Under the pieces are notes generated by a model. The model worked only from the letters and a program-made list of their open reading frames with translations. It was not told where the DNA came from and did no database searches. 64,000 bases of DNA. It comes from Candidatus Enterousia sp. Lineage in GTDB: Bacteria > Pseudomonadota > Alphaproteobacteria > Rs-D84. Shown here in pieces: positions 16,927 to 26,719 of this stretch. Each line of letters begins with the position of its first letter. Position 1 is the first letter of the stretch. The DNA is taken from contig JAZLHA010000013.1 in assembly GCA_045616625.1 (NCBI GenBank), positions 4,201 through 68,200 on the forward strand, written 5' to 3'. The translations under genes and the position numbers were made by a program.

Positions 16927-18291
16927 TTATAACCCATTTACGATTTGTAGAACGCGATTTGGAACATCTTCAACCTTGATACGTTCCTGGACCATTGTAT
17001 CGCGGTGACGTAATGTTAGTGTGCCATCTTCGAGTGTTTGATGGTCCACAGTAATACAAACCGGTGTTCCGATTTCATCGTGACGACGGTAATTTTTACC
17101 AATATTACCAGAATTTTCCAATTCTATACGACCAATAGACAATTTGCGTAATGCGTTTTCAATTCCTTGGGCGGTTTCTAATAATTCAGGAACATTGCGC
17201 GCCAATGGAATAACAGCCGCCTTGACCGGTGCCAACCATGGTTTTAGTTTTAGCACAGTGCGTGTTTTGCCATCGCCCAAATCTTCGACCGTATATGCGT
17301 TATGCATAACCGCCAACATAGCACGATTTACACCCATTGCTGTTTCAATTACAAATGGAATAAAACTTTCGCCGGATTGTGGGTCAGAATACGCCAATTT
17401 GGTTGTAGAATCCTTGTTTTCCATAACGTTTGCGTTAAGTTTAAATTCTTTCTGGTCCTTGGTATGTGAGCCTAAGTCAAAGTCTTGACGGTTATGGACG
17501 CCTTCAACCTCATCAAAACCATCAGGGAATAGGTATTCGATATCAACTGCGGCCTTGGCATAATGTGCTAATTTTACATGTGGTAAAAAGCGTAATTTTT
17601 CAGCAGGAATACCCAATACATTTATCCACCAATCAAGACGCGTTTTTTTCCAGTATTCAAAATATTTTTCATCATCGGCCGGGTTTACAAAGTATTGCAT
17701 TTCAGCCTGTTCAAATTCACGCATACGGAAAACAAAACCACGTGGGGAAATTTCGTTACGGAAAGCCTTACCAATCTGGGCAATACCAAATGGCAATTTA
17801 TGTGATTTTGCATCCAAAACATTTTTGAAATTGACATAAGTAGTAGTTGCAGTTTCAGGACGCAGATAAGCATTTATTGCGCCGTCCGCAGTTGCACCAA
17901 TAGAAAGCCCCATCATCAATTGATATGCGCGTGGTTCTGTAATTTCAGTACTACCACAATTATCGCATTTTGTTGGGTCTTTCATTTTATCCTGGCGCAT
18001 GCGGGCACCACATTTTTTACATTCAACCAGTGGGTCAGAAAAACTGCCCTCGTGTCCGGAATATTTCCATAACAGGCGATTGCTGATAAGTGCGGCATCT
18101 AATCCCTCAATATCATCGCGGGAATAAATCATAGCATTCCACCATGCGTTGCGAATATTTTTCATCAGTTCAACACCGTATGGACCGTAATCATATGCAC
18201 CACCTAGGCCACCATAGATTTCTGAACCTGTGAAAATAAAACCGCGTCTTTTACATAACGCAACAATATCATTGATACTTACATCAGACAT
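16927..18291 (-). CDS. glyQS: Glycine--tRNA ligase, single-chain (alpha2, GlyQS) type
   Basis: 454 aa. The N-terminus MSDVSINDIVALCKRRGFIFTGSEIYGGLGGAYDYGPYGVELMKNIRNAWW is the hallmark of dimeric class II GlyRS. Confidence 0.9.
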   Translation of the reverse strand: MSDVSINDIVALCKRRGFIFTGSEIYGGLGGAYDYGPYGVELMKNIRNAWWNAMIYSRDDIEGLDAALISNRLLWKYSGHEGSFSDPLVECKKCGARMRQDKMKDPTKCDNCGSTEITEPRAYQLMMGLSIGATADGAINAYLRPETATTTYVNFKNVLDAKSHKLPFGIAQIGKAFRNEISPRGFVFRMREFEQAEMQYFVNPADDEKYFEYWKKTRLDWWINVLGIPAEKLRFLPHVKLAHYAKAAVDIEYLFPDGFDEVEGVHNRQDFDLGSHTKDQKEFKLNANVMENKDSTTKLAYSDPQSGESFIPFVIETAMGVNRAMLAVMHNAYTVEDLGDGKTRTVLKLKPWLAPVKAAVIPLARNVPELLETAQGIENALRKLSIGRIELENSGNIGKNYRRHDEIGTPVCITVDHQTLEDGTLTLRHRDTMVQERIKVEDVPNRVLQIVNGL

Positions 18292-18311
18292 TTTTTTGTT
18301 TCCTATTTGTT

Positions 18312-18494
18312 TTATTTAGCTTCTGGCATAATTGCACCAACTGGGCATAGTGCGGCACATGTACCGCAAGACATACATTTGTTTGGGTCAATTACACATT
18401 TGCCATCAACACCATTTGCAATTGCCATCGCAGGGCATACCGCCATACAAGAATGACAACCAATACATTTAGAAGAATCTATTTGATAAGCCAT
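18312..18494 (-). CDS. 2x[4Fe-4S] ferredoxin
   Basis: 60 aa with two CxxCxxCxxxCP motifs (CIGCHSCMAVCP and CMSCGTCAALCP). Confidence 0.85.
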   Translation of the reverse strand: MAYQIDSSKCIGCHSCMAVCPAMAIANGVDGKCVIDPNKCMSCGTCAALCPVGAIMPEAK

Positions 18495-18510
18495 TTTTAT
18501 TTTCCTTTTT

Positions 18511-19239
18511 TTAATTTCTGCTGTTTAAAAAACTTAGTATATATTCAAACAACGCAACGAATGATATATACAGGTGTAATGCACCCAATACCGCTAACTG
18601 ATTTCTTTGCGTTTCATTACCTATAACTGCATACGCTTTTTTTAGGGTCTGCATATCATATGCGGTAAATAGTGAAAATACCAGTACACCAACCAAACTA
18701 ACCGCGGTTGAAAATCCAGCACTTAGTGGTACAAATATAGAAATAATACCAACCAAGATTAAACCAATCATACCAATAGTTAGAAAAATTCCAAGGAAAG
18801 ATAGGTCTTTGATAGTTTTATATCCAAATAACGCCATACAGCCAAACATTGCGGCTGCCAACAAAAATGCCCAAATTACAGTAATTGGATGAACTGCTAA
18901 ACTAACATAAACAAGTGGTGTTATAGCAATTCCCATCAAAACAGAATAAATGGCGAGCATCCATGCCCCCGTTGATGGTTTCATACTAAATGCGCGCAAC
19001 TGTGCCCATATGGAAAATCCCAAACCACCAAAGGTGATAATGTAATATATCCCAGAAAGCCCGAGAATATGACCGTCAGGCGACATACGAAATAAATACT
19101 GGGCAAAAAACATCATAACAAAAGCAGAAATCGCGGTTAGGGAGATTGCGCCCGTCATCAATCCGAAAATTCGTTTAAAATATAGTTCTATTCCGCCTGT
19201 TTTTTTCTCGTTTTTTGCGATAACCTTTGTTTTGACCAT
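18511..19239 (-). CDS. Bax inhibitor-1 / YccA family membrane protein
   Basis: A multi-TM protein with the family-typical C-terminus (NQLAVLGALHLYISFVALFEYILSFL). The start was moved to M14 because AGGGGA lies 5 nt upstream. Confidence 0.75.
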   Translation of the reverse strand: MVKTKVIAKNEKKTGGIELYFKRIFGLMTGAISLTAISAFVMMFFAQYLFRMSPDGHILGLSGIYYIITFGGLGFSIWAQLRAFSMKPSTGAWMLAIYSVLMGIAITPLVYVSLAVHPITVIWAFLLAAAMFGCMALFGYKTIKDLSFLGIFLTIGMIGLILVGIISIFVPLSAGFSTAVSLVGVLVFSLFTAYDMQTLKKAYAVIGNETQRNQLAVLGALHLYISFVALFEYILSFLNSRN

Positions 19240-19373
19240 AACAATCCCCTTTTTTGTATCATAGACATAATACACCATTGGTAAAACAATTCAAGATTAA
19301 ATAATATTTAATGCTTGACAAATAGTGTTTTGTCAATATATAATATGTGTTATAAAAAACAAAGGAGTTAAAA

Positions 19374-19637
19374 ATGTCGTCATTATTATTGGAGTCGAAA
19401 GCACAAGATATTGGTCCAATTGGTGTTTCCATAACCAATAAACAAAATTTTATAACAAAGAACATTGAAATTCTTGAAAAAAGAAAAAAGGAGCTTTTGG
19501 AACTGCAAAAAAATAAAAATCCAGATGAGAAAATAGCAAAACGTATGAAACGTTTAGAACAACTTATAATAGACTCGCAAGATTGCATAAAAAGAACAAA
19601 AGCTGCAATGTGTTTGGGCAGACCTTATGGAATGTAA
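19374..19637 (+). CDS. Small hypothetical protein (coiled-coil-like)
   Basis: 87 aa with a strong RBS (AAAGGAG). Confidence 0.5.
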   Translation: MSSLLLESKAQDIGPIGVSITNKQNFITKNIEILEKRKKELLELQKNKNPDEKIAKRMKRLEQLIIDSQDCIKRTKAAMCLGRPYGM

Positions 19638-19653
19638 AGTATAGGAGATTAAA

Positions 19654-19911
19654 ATGAAACATGCATATGATGGTGTTTATAGTGTTATAACTGAAAAACT
19701 TGCTACCAAAGAAGATATAACTATATTAGATGGTAATTATGCGGCTAAACAGGCTCGCGTCGGTATGGCTGATAAATATCTACAAGTTAAAGCTGACAAA
19801 GAGAAAGAAGAACGAAGCAAATATCCTAATAAAGAATATATTGCTAGATGTAAAAAAATAATGGATAATTTATTACCTAGTTATCAACAAGTATATGGAA
19901 ATCAGAAATAA
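19654..19911 (+). CDS. Small hypothetical protein
   Basis: 85 aa, RBS TAGGAG. A hairpin terminator follows (gccgcttttcaaaagcggc). Confidence 0.5.
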   Translation: MKHAYDGVYSVITEKLATKEDITILDGNYAAKQARVGMADKYLQVKADKEKEERSKYPNKEYIARCKKIMDNLLPSYQQVYGNQK

Positions 19912-20001
19912 TTGATAATGCCGCTTTCAAAAGCGGCTTTTAATTTTTTGTTGAAAAATTTTTTTCTTTAATAATACAATAGGCAAAAATAAAGGAAAGT
20001 T

Positions 20002-20796
20002 ATGTCTATTGTTATAAATCCGATTTCTTCTGTAGCATTTTCTGTGTTTGGTTTAGATGTGCGCTGGTATGCATTGGCATATGTTGCCGCTTTTATTATA
20101 GGTTTTTGGTTGTTTGGTAAATTAATGCATAATTATGCACCTGTTGTGTTTTCTAAAAAACAGACTGACGATTTTATTACTGCAATTATTTTGGGTGTGA
20201 TTTTAGGTGGGCGATTAGGTTATGTTTTGTTTTATAATCTGCCATTTTTTATGGCAAACCCAATGGAAATTTTTGCAGTCTGGCATGGGGGAATGAGTTT
20301 TCATGGTGGATTGCTGGGTGTTGTTTGCGCAACTTGGTTATATTGCCATAAGAATAAAATAAACACATTTGCGATACTTGATTTATTGGCGACGGTTGCA
20401 CCAATTGGACTGTTCTTTGGCCGTATAGCAAATTTTGTTAATATGGAGGTTATGGGTCGTCCAACAAGTCTGCCATGGGGTGTTGTGTTTAATGGCCAAA
20501 CAGAAATCGCCCGCCATCCAAGTCCGCTTTACGAGGCTGCCACTGAAGGTGTTCTATTGTTTATAATAATGTTTTGTTTGTATAAATATACCAAGTTACG
20601 TGAACGCACGGGTGCTTTGGCGGGAATAATGGGAATGTTATATGCAACTTTTCGCAGTGTTTGCGAATTATTTCGCGCGCCAGATGTACAAATAGGTTTC
20701 TTAACGTCGTGGGGGCTAACAATGGGACAATTATTGTCCGGTGCAATGTTTATTGCAGGTGCGATAATTTTTGCATTTGCGTTTAGAAAAAAATGA
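20002..20796 (+). CDS. lgt: Prolipoprotein diacylglyceryl transferase
   Basis: 264 aa, multi-TM, with the conserved WHGGMSFHGGLLG and GRIANFVN motifs. Confidence 0.9.
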   Translation: MSIVINPISSVAFSVFGLDVRWYALAYVAAFIIGFWLFGKLMHNYAPVVFSKKQTDDFITAIILGVILGGRLGYVLFYNLPFFMANPMEIFAVWHGGMSFHGGLLGVVCATWLYCHKNKINTFAILDLLATVAPIGLFFGRIANFVNMEVMGRPTSLPWGVVFNGQTEIARHPSPLYEAATEGVLLFIIMFCLYKYTKLRERTGALAGIMGMLYATFRSVCELFRAPDVQIGFLTSWGLTMGQLLSGAMFIAGAIIFAFAFRKK

Positions 20797-20866
20797 TATA
20801 TAATACGCAACGCACAACCACAAAACCGCAGGTTTGAAAAGACCGGCGGAAATGAAAAAAAGTTTA

Positions 20867-20956
20867 GGATGGGTGGCAGAGCGGTCGAATGCGACGGTCT
20901 TGAAAACCGCTGAGGTGGCAACGCCTCCGGGGGTTCGAATCCCTCCCCATCCGCCA
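20867..20956 (+). tRNA. tRNA-Ser (anticodon UGA)
   Basis: Acceptor ggatggg/cccatcc, anticodon loop ctTGAaa, long variable arm, T-arm with ggttcgaatcc, encoded CCA. Confidence 0.9.
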
Positions 20957-20967
20957 GAAATATTGAG

Positions 20968-21000
20968 CATCCCGTGGAATTACCACGGGATGTTCTTTTT
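20968..21000 (+). terminator. Rho-independent terminator after tRNA-Ser
   Basis: catcccgtgg-aatta-ccacgggatg is followed by ttcttttt. Confidence 0.75.
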
Positions 21001-21173
21001 CGCCCCGTTTCTGGGGCTTTTTATCTGTGAGATTACCAGTGTATATCGTTAATTTTATCAAACCAACCTAAATGGTATGCATTGATATACTTTGGCTATT
21101 TTTACTGAGGCAATATGTTGATTTTTAATAAAAAAAAGTATAAATATTAGTCAATAAAATAAAAGGAAATAAG

Positions 21174-22001
21174 ATGTCGTTGGATTTAACAATGGATGTG
21201 CCAATTACAGATATAGCACTATTAATAGATTTATTACGACCAAGTCAGTGGGAAACTATACTTGCAGCAACAATCCCCGCATATTTTTCTATGTTCGGCA
21301 CCTTTTATTTATATCGTCGAGAAAGGAAAGATAAACTTAAAGATGCCAAACAAACAAAAGATGATGAACAAATACAAGATTTAAATATATTATTAGCAAA
21401 TTTGTTTCAATGTATAGAAAATCAAAAAGATAATCTCAATGAAATTATTGAATATAAAAAGGAAACGGAACAAACATTTAAAGAAAGACAGATTTTTGCT
21501 TTTAAAGATGATGTCAATATTGAAGATGTATTAAGAATTGCTAATAAAATAATTGTTGATCTGCCTGAAGTGAGTTATGATTTAAATAGATTAAAAAATG
21601 ATTTATATTGGGCAAAAAGATACAGGGATTCAAGAGATGAATATTCACATAAATACGGCTATGATTTTTTTAAGGAACGATTAGATAGAGAAGAAGAACA
21701 AGAAATTATGATTATAAAGCGACTTATAGCAATATGCTTGGTATTGTATGACTATGCAACATCGTTATACCCCAAAAAACGAATATTAAAGATCACAGCT
21801 AAAGCCCATGTATCAACTATTTGGAAGTATTTAATCATTGATAAAACCTTTAATGAGACAGTGGTTTTTTCTAGATTACAATACGAATTTAAGAATCCAG
21901 CTATAAAAGATTGGTTTTTTATCAGGTTAAAAAATCAATATATAATGGATACAAAAGATAAGGAACATATTGAGGAAATAAAACAAACTTTGAAGAATTA
22001 A
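21174..22001 (+). CDS. Hypothetical protein with an N-terminal TM segment
   Basis: 275 aa, RBS AAAAGGAAA, no recognisable motif. Confidence 0.5.
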   Translation: MSLDLTMDVPITDIALLIDLLRPSQWETILAATIPAYFSMFGTFYLYRRERKDKLKDAKQTKDDEQIQDLNILLANLFQCIENQKDNLNEIIEYKKETEQTFKERQIFAFKDDVNIEDVLRIANKIIVDLPEVSYDLNRLKNDLYWAKRYRDSRDEYSHKYGYDFFKERLDREEEQEIMIIKRLIAICLVLYDYATSLYPKKRILKITAKAHVSTIWKYLIIDKTFNETVVFSRLQYEFKNPAIKDWFFIRLKNQYIMDTKDKEHIEEIKQTLKN

Positions 22002-23620
22002 GCATTTTCAAAAAACTGTTTTTGCTTTTCCAAATATCCTGTCTTTGATGCTTTGTCTAAGATATCTCTAACAGCCATATTGGCTTTGCCACTTAGTAAT
22101 CGGTTTATAATTTTCGGACTAAGATAGGCTAATGCCAAATATTTATAGAACAATCGTGGTGATGTGTGTAACTTTGCTATGATTTCATCAACGCTACCAT
22201 CCTGTTCGTATAACTCTCTGTATTTCCAAGCGGTGGCAAATGCTTTGACTATTAAGTGGTTATTGTCGGTAATGCTTAGTACACCATTTTTGCCGTGGTC
22301 ATATACTGTATTAACATATTTACGCAGGAATACTTTTTCTGTAATCGTTATACTGTTGGTGCCTATGATATATTCCATTTGTTTGGCATTTTGATTCACA
22401 TAGTTTGTTGATACAAAGGATTGTAGTTTTTGTGCATCTGTGGTAATCGTGTAAATTAATTGTTCTTGCGAATATACAACCTTTTCAATCAAAGATTGAA
22501 TAAAACTTCGCTTTTGTGCGTATGACATGTGTTCTATATCAATGCGTTTTAATGTTGTGGCAATATCAACTGGCAGGGCAGACATATCGCTATCCAGAAA
22601 ATCTGTTATGGTTTTGACCACAATTTCATCCACGCGTGCAGCAGTCAGATAAAATCCTTTGGTTGCATAATAATGAATTTTCTTTTTACCTTTACCACTG
22701 GTCATTTGGTTTATGAATTTAGTGCCATTATGATTAAACAATTTTCCCGTCAGTATATTCGGCGCACGTGTACTTGGTGATTTATTATTCGCATTATTAG
22801 CCAACGCAACTTGTACGCGATTAAATAACTCTTCGGGGACAATTGGTTCATGTTCCCCTTTAGCAAATGTGCCTTCTGTTTTGTTTTCTATCATGCCGAT
22901 ATATATTTTATCACGCAGAATCCTGTGCATGCTCATTTTGGCTATTGGACGTCCACCCATGATGTTGCCTTTGGCGGTTGTCCACTTTTTAGCGTTTATA
23001 CCATTTTGATTTGCGTATTCTGTTAAATCGTTCACAGATTGTAATTCCAAATACTTTTCAAACAGATGGCGAACTTGTTCCGCTTCGGTTGAATTTACTA
23101 CTAATTTCTTATTTATAACATCATAACCCAATCGTGGGGTTCCACCGACCCACAACCCTTTGGCTTTTGATGCACGGATTTTATCACGCACACGTTCACT
23201 TGATACTTCGCGTTCAAACTGTGCAAACGACAACAGCATATTCAATGTTAATTTACCCATGGATGTACTGGTATCAAACGATTGGGTAATTGATACAAAA
23301 TTAGCACCATATTTTTCAAAGTATTTCATCATGTTATGAAAGTCTAAGATTGAACGGGATAATCGATCAACCTTATACACCACGACGGTATTAACCAGTC
23401 CATGTGCCATGTCGTCTAGCATTTGCTTTAATGCAGGTCGTTCCATGGTTCCACCAGATATCGCCACATCACTGTATGTTTTATAATATTGCCATCCGTT
23501 GAACGATTGTGATGCAATATATGCTTTGCAGGACTCTTCCTGATTTTGCAGGGAATTAAATTCTTGGTCCAGTCCGTGTTCGGTTGACTTACGGGTATAA
23601 ATAGCGCATTTAATTGTCAT
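21998..23620 (-). CDS. Large serine recombinase (resolvase/invertase N-domain plus recombinase and zinc-ribbon-like C-region)
   Basis: 540 aa. It has AIYTRKSTEHGLDQEFNSLQNQ (catalytic Ser region), YSDVAISGGTMERPALKQML and VVVYKVDRLSRS. Confidence 0.85.
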   Translation of the reverse strand: MTIKCAIYTRKSTEHGLDQEFNSLQNQEESCKAYIASQSFNGWQYYKTYSDVAISGGTMERPALKQMLDDMAHGLVNTVVVYKVDRLSRSILDFHNMMKYFEKYGANFVSITQSFDTSTSMGKLTLNMLLSFAQFEREVSSERVRDKIRASKAKGLWVGGTPRLGYDVINKKLVVNSTEAEQVRHLFEKYLELQSVNDLTEYANQNGINAKKWTTAKGNIMGGRPIAKMSMHRILRDKIYIGMIENKTEGTFAKGEHEPIVPEELFNRVQVALANNANNKSPSTRAPNILTGKLFNHNGTKFINQMTSGKGKKKIHYYATKGFYLTAARVDEIVVKTITDFLDSDMSALPVDIATTLKRIDIEHMSYAQKRSFIQSLIEKVVYSQEQLIYTITTDAQKLQSFVSTNYVNQNAKQMEYIIGTNSITITEKVFLRKYVNTVYDHGKNGVLSITDNNHLIVKAFATAWKYRELYEQDGSVDEIIAKLHTSPRLFYKYLALAYLSPKIINRLLSGKANMAVRDILDKASKTGYLEKQKQFFENA

Positions 23621-24050
23621 GTTTGATTCCTTTGTCTAAGCCAAAGAACTTTGGACCAGAAACCTTCATGCCTGCTATCTGATGGGCAACCGCCGATAAT
23701 GTGGGGTATGTCTGACCATTGTAATAAAATGTTCCGTTATCATTGACCATAATTCGGTGTTCGATCCCCCGAAATGTTCTGGTTATAACGGTGCCAGGTG
23801 AAATACAGTATTTACGCTGATAAACACGAGTGTCGCATTCTGATGGATTGTCTTTGTATTTCTTAATTTTTGCCAGATATTTATGCTCTATGCGCAGATT
23901 TAGACGGTCACATTGCACATAGTACCACAATGACCGCATTTGGCGTTTAAATGGGTGTGGCGAGTATTTTGCCCACAATCGCGCCCGTTCATCGAAAGAC
24001 AGTGTCTGTAGTTCTTTCAACGTCTTTGGCAGTTTATCTTTGTACGACAT
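23610..24050 (-). CDS. DUF2924-like protein (typical partner of large serine recombinases)
   Basis: PGTVITRTFRGIEHRIMVNDNGTFYYNGQTYPTLSAVAHQIAGMKVSGPKFFGL matches the DUF2924 C-terminal pattern as I recall it. The start was moved to M9, which is preceded by AAGGAG. The gene overlaps the recombinase start. Confidence 0.65.
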   Translation of the reverse strand: MSYKDKLPKTLKELQTLSFDERARLWAKYSPHPFKRQMRSLWYYVQCDRLNLRIEHKYLAKIKKYKDNPSECDTRVYQRKYCISPGTVITRTFRGIEHRIMVNDNGTFYYNGQTYPTLSAVAHQIAGMKVSGPKFFGLDKGIKHDN

Positions 24051-24171
24051 ATCAACTCCTTTAATGTCGTCCAATTACCGCTCTAAAACCACCAGAAGTC
24101 AAGTTAAAATAAGTTGATAATTTGATTTTTATTTGGTATATATATACCCAGGTAAATAAAGGATATTCATT

Positions 24172-25134
24172 ATGATTTTCAACAAAAAAATAGTAAATAT
24201 ACGTGTAATTGCTCCTGCGGCAAGTTTGGCCAATTTGGCCCCGGCTAATAAAGAATTGGCCGAAGAAAGATTGAAATCTCTGGGCTTTAACGTATCTTTT
24301 GGCGAACACGCTTTTGAACGAGATATGTTCGGTTCATCGAGTATACAAAGTAGAGTATCCGATTTACATGAGGCTTTTCAAAATCCTGATGTTGATCTCG
24401 TTATGGCGGCATTTGGTGGTACAAATTCTAACGAGTTATTACCTTATATTGATTATGAATTGATACGAAATAATCAGAAAATCTTTTGTGGTTTTTCCGA
24501 TATAACAGCACTGCAAGATGCTTTGTTAAAAAAATCTAATCTAATAAACTTATATGGTCCTTGTTTTAGCCATTTTGCTATGAAACAAGGCTTTGATTAC
24601 ATAGAAAAAGCATTTATGGATATCATAAAAGGTAAGCAACGGCAGTTTAATGTTATAGATTCTGAAGAATGGAGTGATGATAAATGGCATAAAAATCAAG
24701 ACGATAGACATTTTATGAAAAATCCTGGACGTGAAATCCTGCAGTCTGGACAATCAGAAGGTATTATTGTCGGTGGTAACATCGGAACATTGCCTTTATT
24801 ATTTGGAACACAGTACATGCCTGATTTAACAGATAAGATATTATTTCTAGAAGATGATGGTATGAGTATCGATTTATTTAAACGAAATTTTGTTTCATTG
24901 TCGCAACAACCGAACTTTGATAAGATTAAAGGCATTGTTATAGGCAGATTTAGAAACAATTCTGATTTTTCTGTTGATGGATTGCGTGAATTTTTCAACA
25001 ACCATGTTAAGTTAGGACAAATACCGGTTATAACAGGATTGGACTTTGGACATACTATGCCGTATTTTGTGTTTCCTATTGGTGGCAAAGCACGTATAAA
25101 TACAGATGAAAATGTAATAAATATATCCTTATAA
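24172..25134 (+). CDS. S66 family LD-carboxypeptidase / MccF-like serine peptidase
   Basis: 320 aa. Motifs: IRVIAPAAS, GGTNSNELLPYIDY, the nucleophile motif CGFSDITAL, FLEDDGMS (Glu) and LDFGHTMPYFVFPIGG (His). Confidence 0.8.
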   Translation: MIFNKKIVNIRVIAPAASLANLAPANKELAEERLKSLGFNVSFGEHAFERDMFGSSSIQSRVSDLHEAFQNPDVDLVMAAFGGTNSNELLPYIDYELIRNNQKIFCGFSDITALQDALLKKSNLINLYGPCFSHFAMKQGFDYIEKAFMDIIKGKQRQFNVIDSEEWSDDKWHKNQDDRHFMKNPGREILQSGQSEGIIVGGNIGTLPLLFGTQYMPDLTDKILFLEDDGMSIDLFKRNFVSLSQQPNFDKIKGIVIGRFRNNSDFSVDGLREFFNNHVKLGQIPVITGLDFGHTMPYFVFPIGGKARINTDENVINISL

Positions 25135-25659
25135 ACTTTTGTTCATAATTATTGTGTTTTTATAGGGAACAAATATATTTGTTATACGATGGGAAGAATT
25201 AAAATCTTCCCTTATATCGTTCCCTATCAAATACGCAGACTTGTAATTATATTTATCTAATAACCGATTTATGTAATCGGGATCGCTTTTGTTACCATTT
25301 TCTTTAGATAATATTTCCAGTATATTCAAATCTAAATTTGATTTTACAAAATCTATGTCCCTGAGCAAACGTTCCCTGCTAGAATTTGAAACTATTATTA
25401 TTCCTGCGTTATTACTTAATAATTTAACAAGATTCACTATTTCATAACGAACTTCTAGAAAATATGTGTATTGATTTTTTATTTCTTCATAATCTATACC
25501 GTACCTATGACATATTATTTTTCGATTCACTTTGTGATATACGTCTGTAATTACCTGATTCATATCAGGAATACTATAAGTTTCAAAAGCCTTGATCCAT
25601 GCTTTGTTAGCATCTACCAAGGTGCCATGAAAATCACAAAGAACGCCCATTTCTTGCAT
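25129..25659 (-). CDS. HAD-superfamily hydrolase-like protein with an atypical motif I (D-F-H-G-T)
   Basis: The N-terminus MGVLCDFHGTLVD corresponds to HAD motif I DxDGT with His at the second Asp position. It overlaps the upstream gene. The start may be M4 (25650). Confidence 0.6.
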   Translation of the reverse strand: MQEMGVLCDFHGTLVDANKAWIKAFETYSIPDMNQVITDVYHKVNRKIICHRYGIDYEEIKNQYTYFLEVRYEIVNLVKLLSNNAGIIIVSNSSRERLLRDIDFVKSNLDLNILEILSKENGNKSDPDYINRLLDKYNYKSAYLIGNDIREDFNSSHRITNIFVPYKNTIIMNKSL

Positions 25660-26719
25660 TGAAAATACCTTCAGTATAAGATTTTAATGTTTCAGGAACT
25701 ATAATTCTTAATTTTATTGTTTGAGTAAGAAATGCTTTTAATTCTTGGGAAATTGGTTTATTTATGTATAAAGCACCATCTGTAAAATTCGCGCAATCCA
25801 ATAAATCGAACTTTTTTAATATTTCACGTTCTTTGTATGTATATTGCGGTTGATACGATTTGCATGTTGGCCCATTTGGACATTGGACAGAACAAGAATA
25901 ATTTCTTTTTACAAAATTTAAATTCGCATCAAAATTATGCAACAAATGACTTATAGAACAACTTGTCTTTGTAAACAACTTATACTCAGGACATAATTTG
26001 TTCCGTGATTGTATAATTTGACTATAAATATCTTCAGGTAAAAATTTATGATTAATATCACCATTCCAATCATAAAAATCTGCCCCCCGACTTTCTAGAT
26101 GTTGTTTTATAACAGGTGTTAAACGTATGCCAGATATAACAGAGCAATCAAATACACCGTTTACATTTTCTAATATGTTATTAATAGTGTCAGAACTGCT
26201 ATTTATATTTCTAACAATAGGACGCCAATAATGTACATGTCTGGCATCAGAACACTGTCTTAATATTTTGATATTGTTTATAATATTAGATAAGTTTGTT
26301 GGGGTTGATGTTGGTTCTATAGAAGATGGCATGCCAGAATACGTTGTAAACACAAAAACATTATTATCAGTCAAAGATTCTGTATATCTTAGGGGTATCG
26401 GAAGTTTTGTTATCAATACTTTTGGATTTTTTATTCCATAATTCTTAAGTTTATCCAAAATATCAAAAGTGTATTTTTCAACCTTTGGTTGAAAACCTTC
26501 TGTTTTATTGTTCACCATCAAAATAACATCGTCATTAAAAAATTCATGTTTCATTAAGTTATTTATCAAGGTGTCAGTATCTATGAGTTGTTGGGTTTTG
26601 GCCATATCATCATAAAAACCAGTAACAACACAATAAGAACACTTTATTGGACAGCCAATATGAGTCTGCAACGATAAGCCTGTTTTTAAAAATTCTATCG
26701 TTTTGATTTCATCGTTCAT
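25634..26719 (-). CDS. Radical SAM enzyme with an extra C-terminal Cys cluster
   Basis: It has the CxxxCxxC motif in HIGCPIKCSYCVV, and a second cluster, CSVQCPNGPTC, near the C-terminus. It is translationally coupled on both sides. Confidence 0.7.
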   Translation of the reverse strand: MNDEIKTIEFLKTGLSLQTHIGCPIKCSYCVVTGFYDDMAKTQQLIDTDTLINNLMKHEFFNDDVILMVNNKTEGFQPKVEKYTFDILDKLKNYGIKNPKVLITKLPIPLRYTESLTDNNVFVFTTYSGMPSSIEPTSTPTNLSNIINNIKILRQCSDARHVHYWRPIVRNINSSSDTINNILENVNGVFDCSVISGIRLTPVIKQHLESRGADFYDWNGDINHKFLPEDIYSQIIQSRNKLCPEYKLFTKTSCSISHLLHNFDANLNFVKRNYSCSVQCPNGPTCKSYQPQYTYKEREILKKFDLLDCANFTDGALYINKPISQELKAFLTQTIKLRIIVPETLKSYTEGIFNARNGRSL

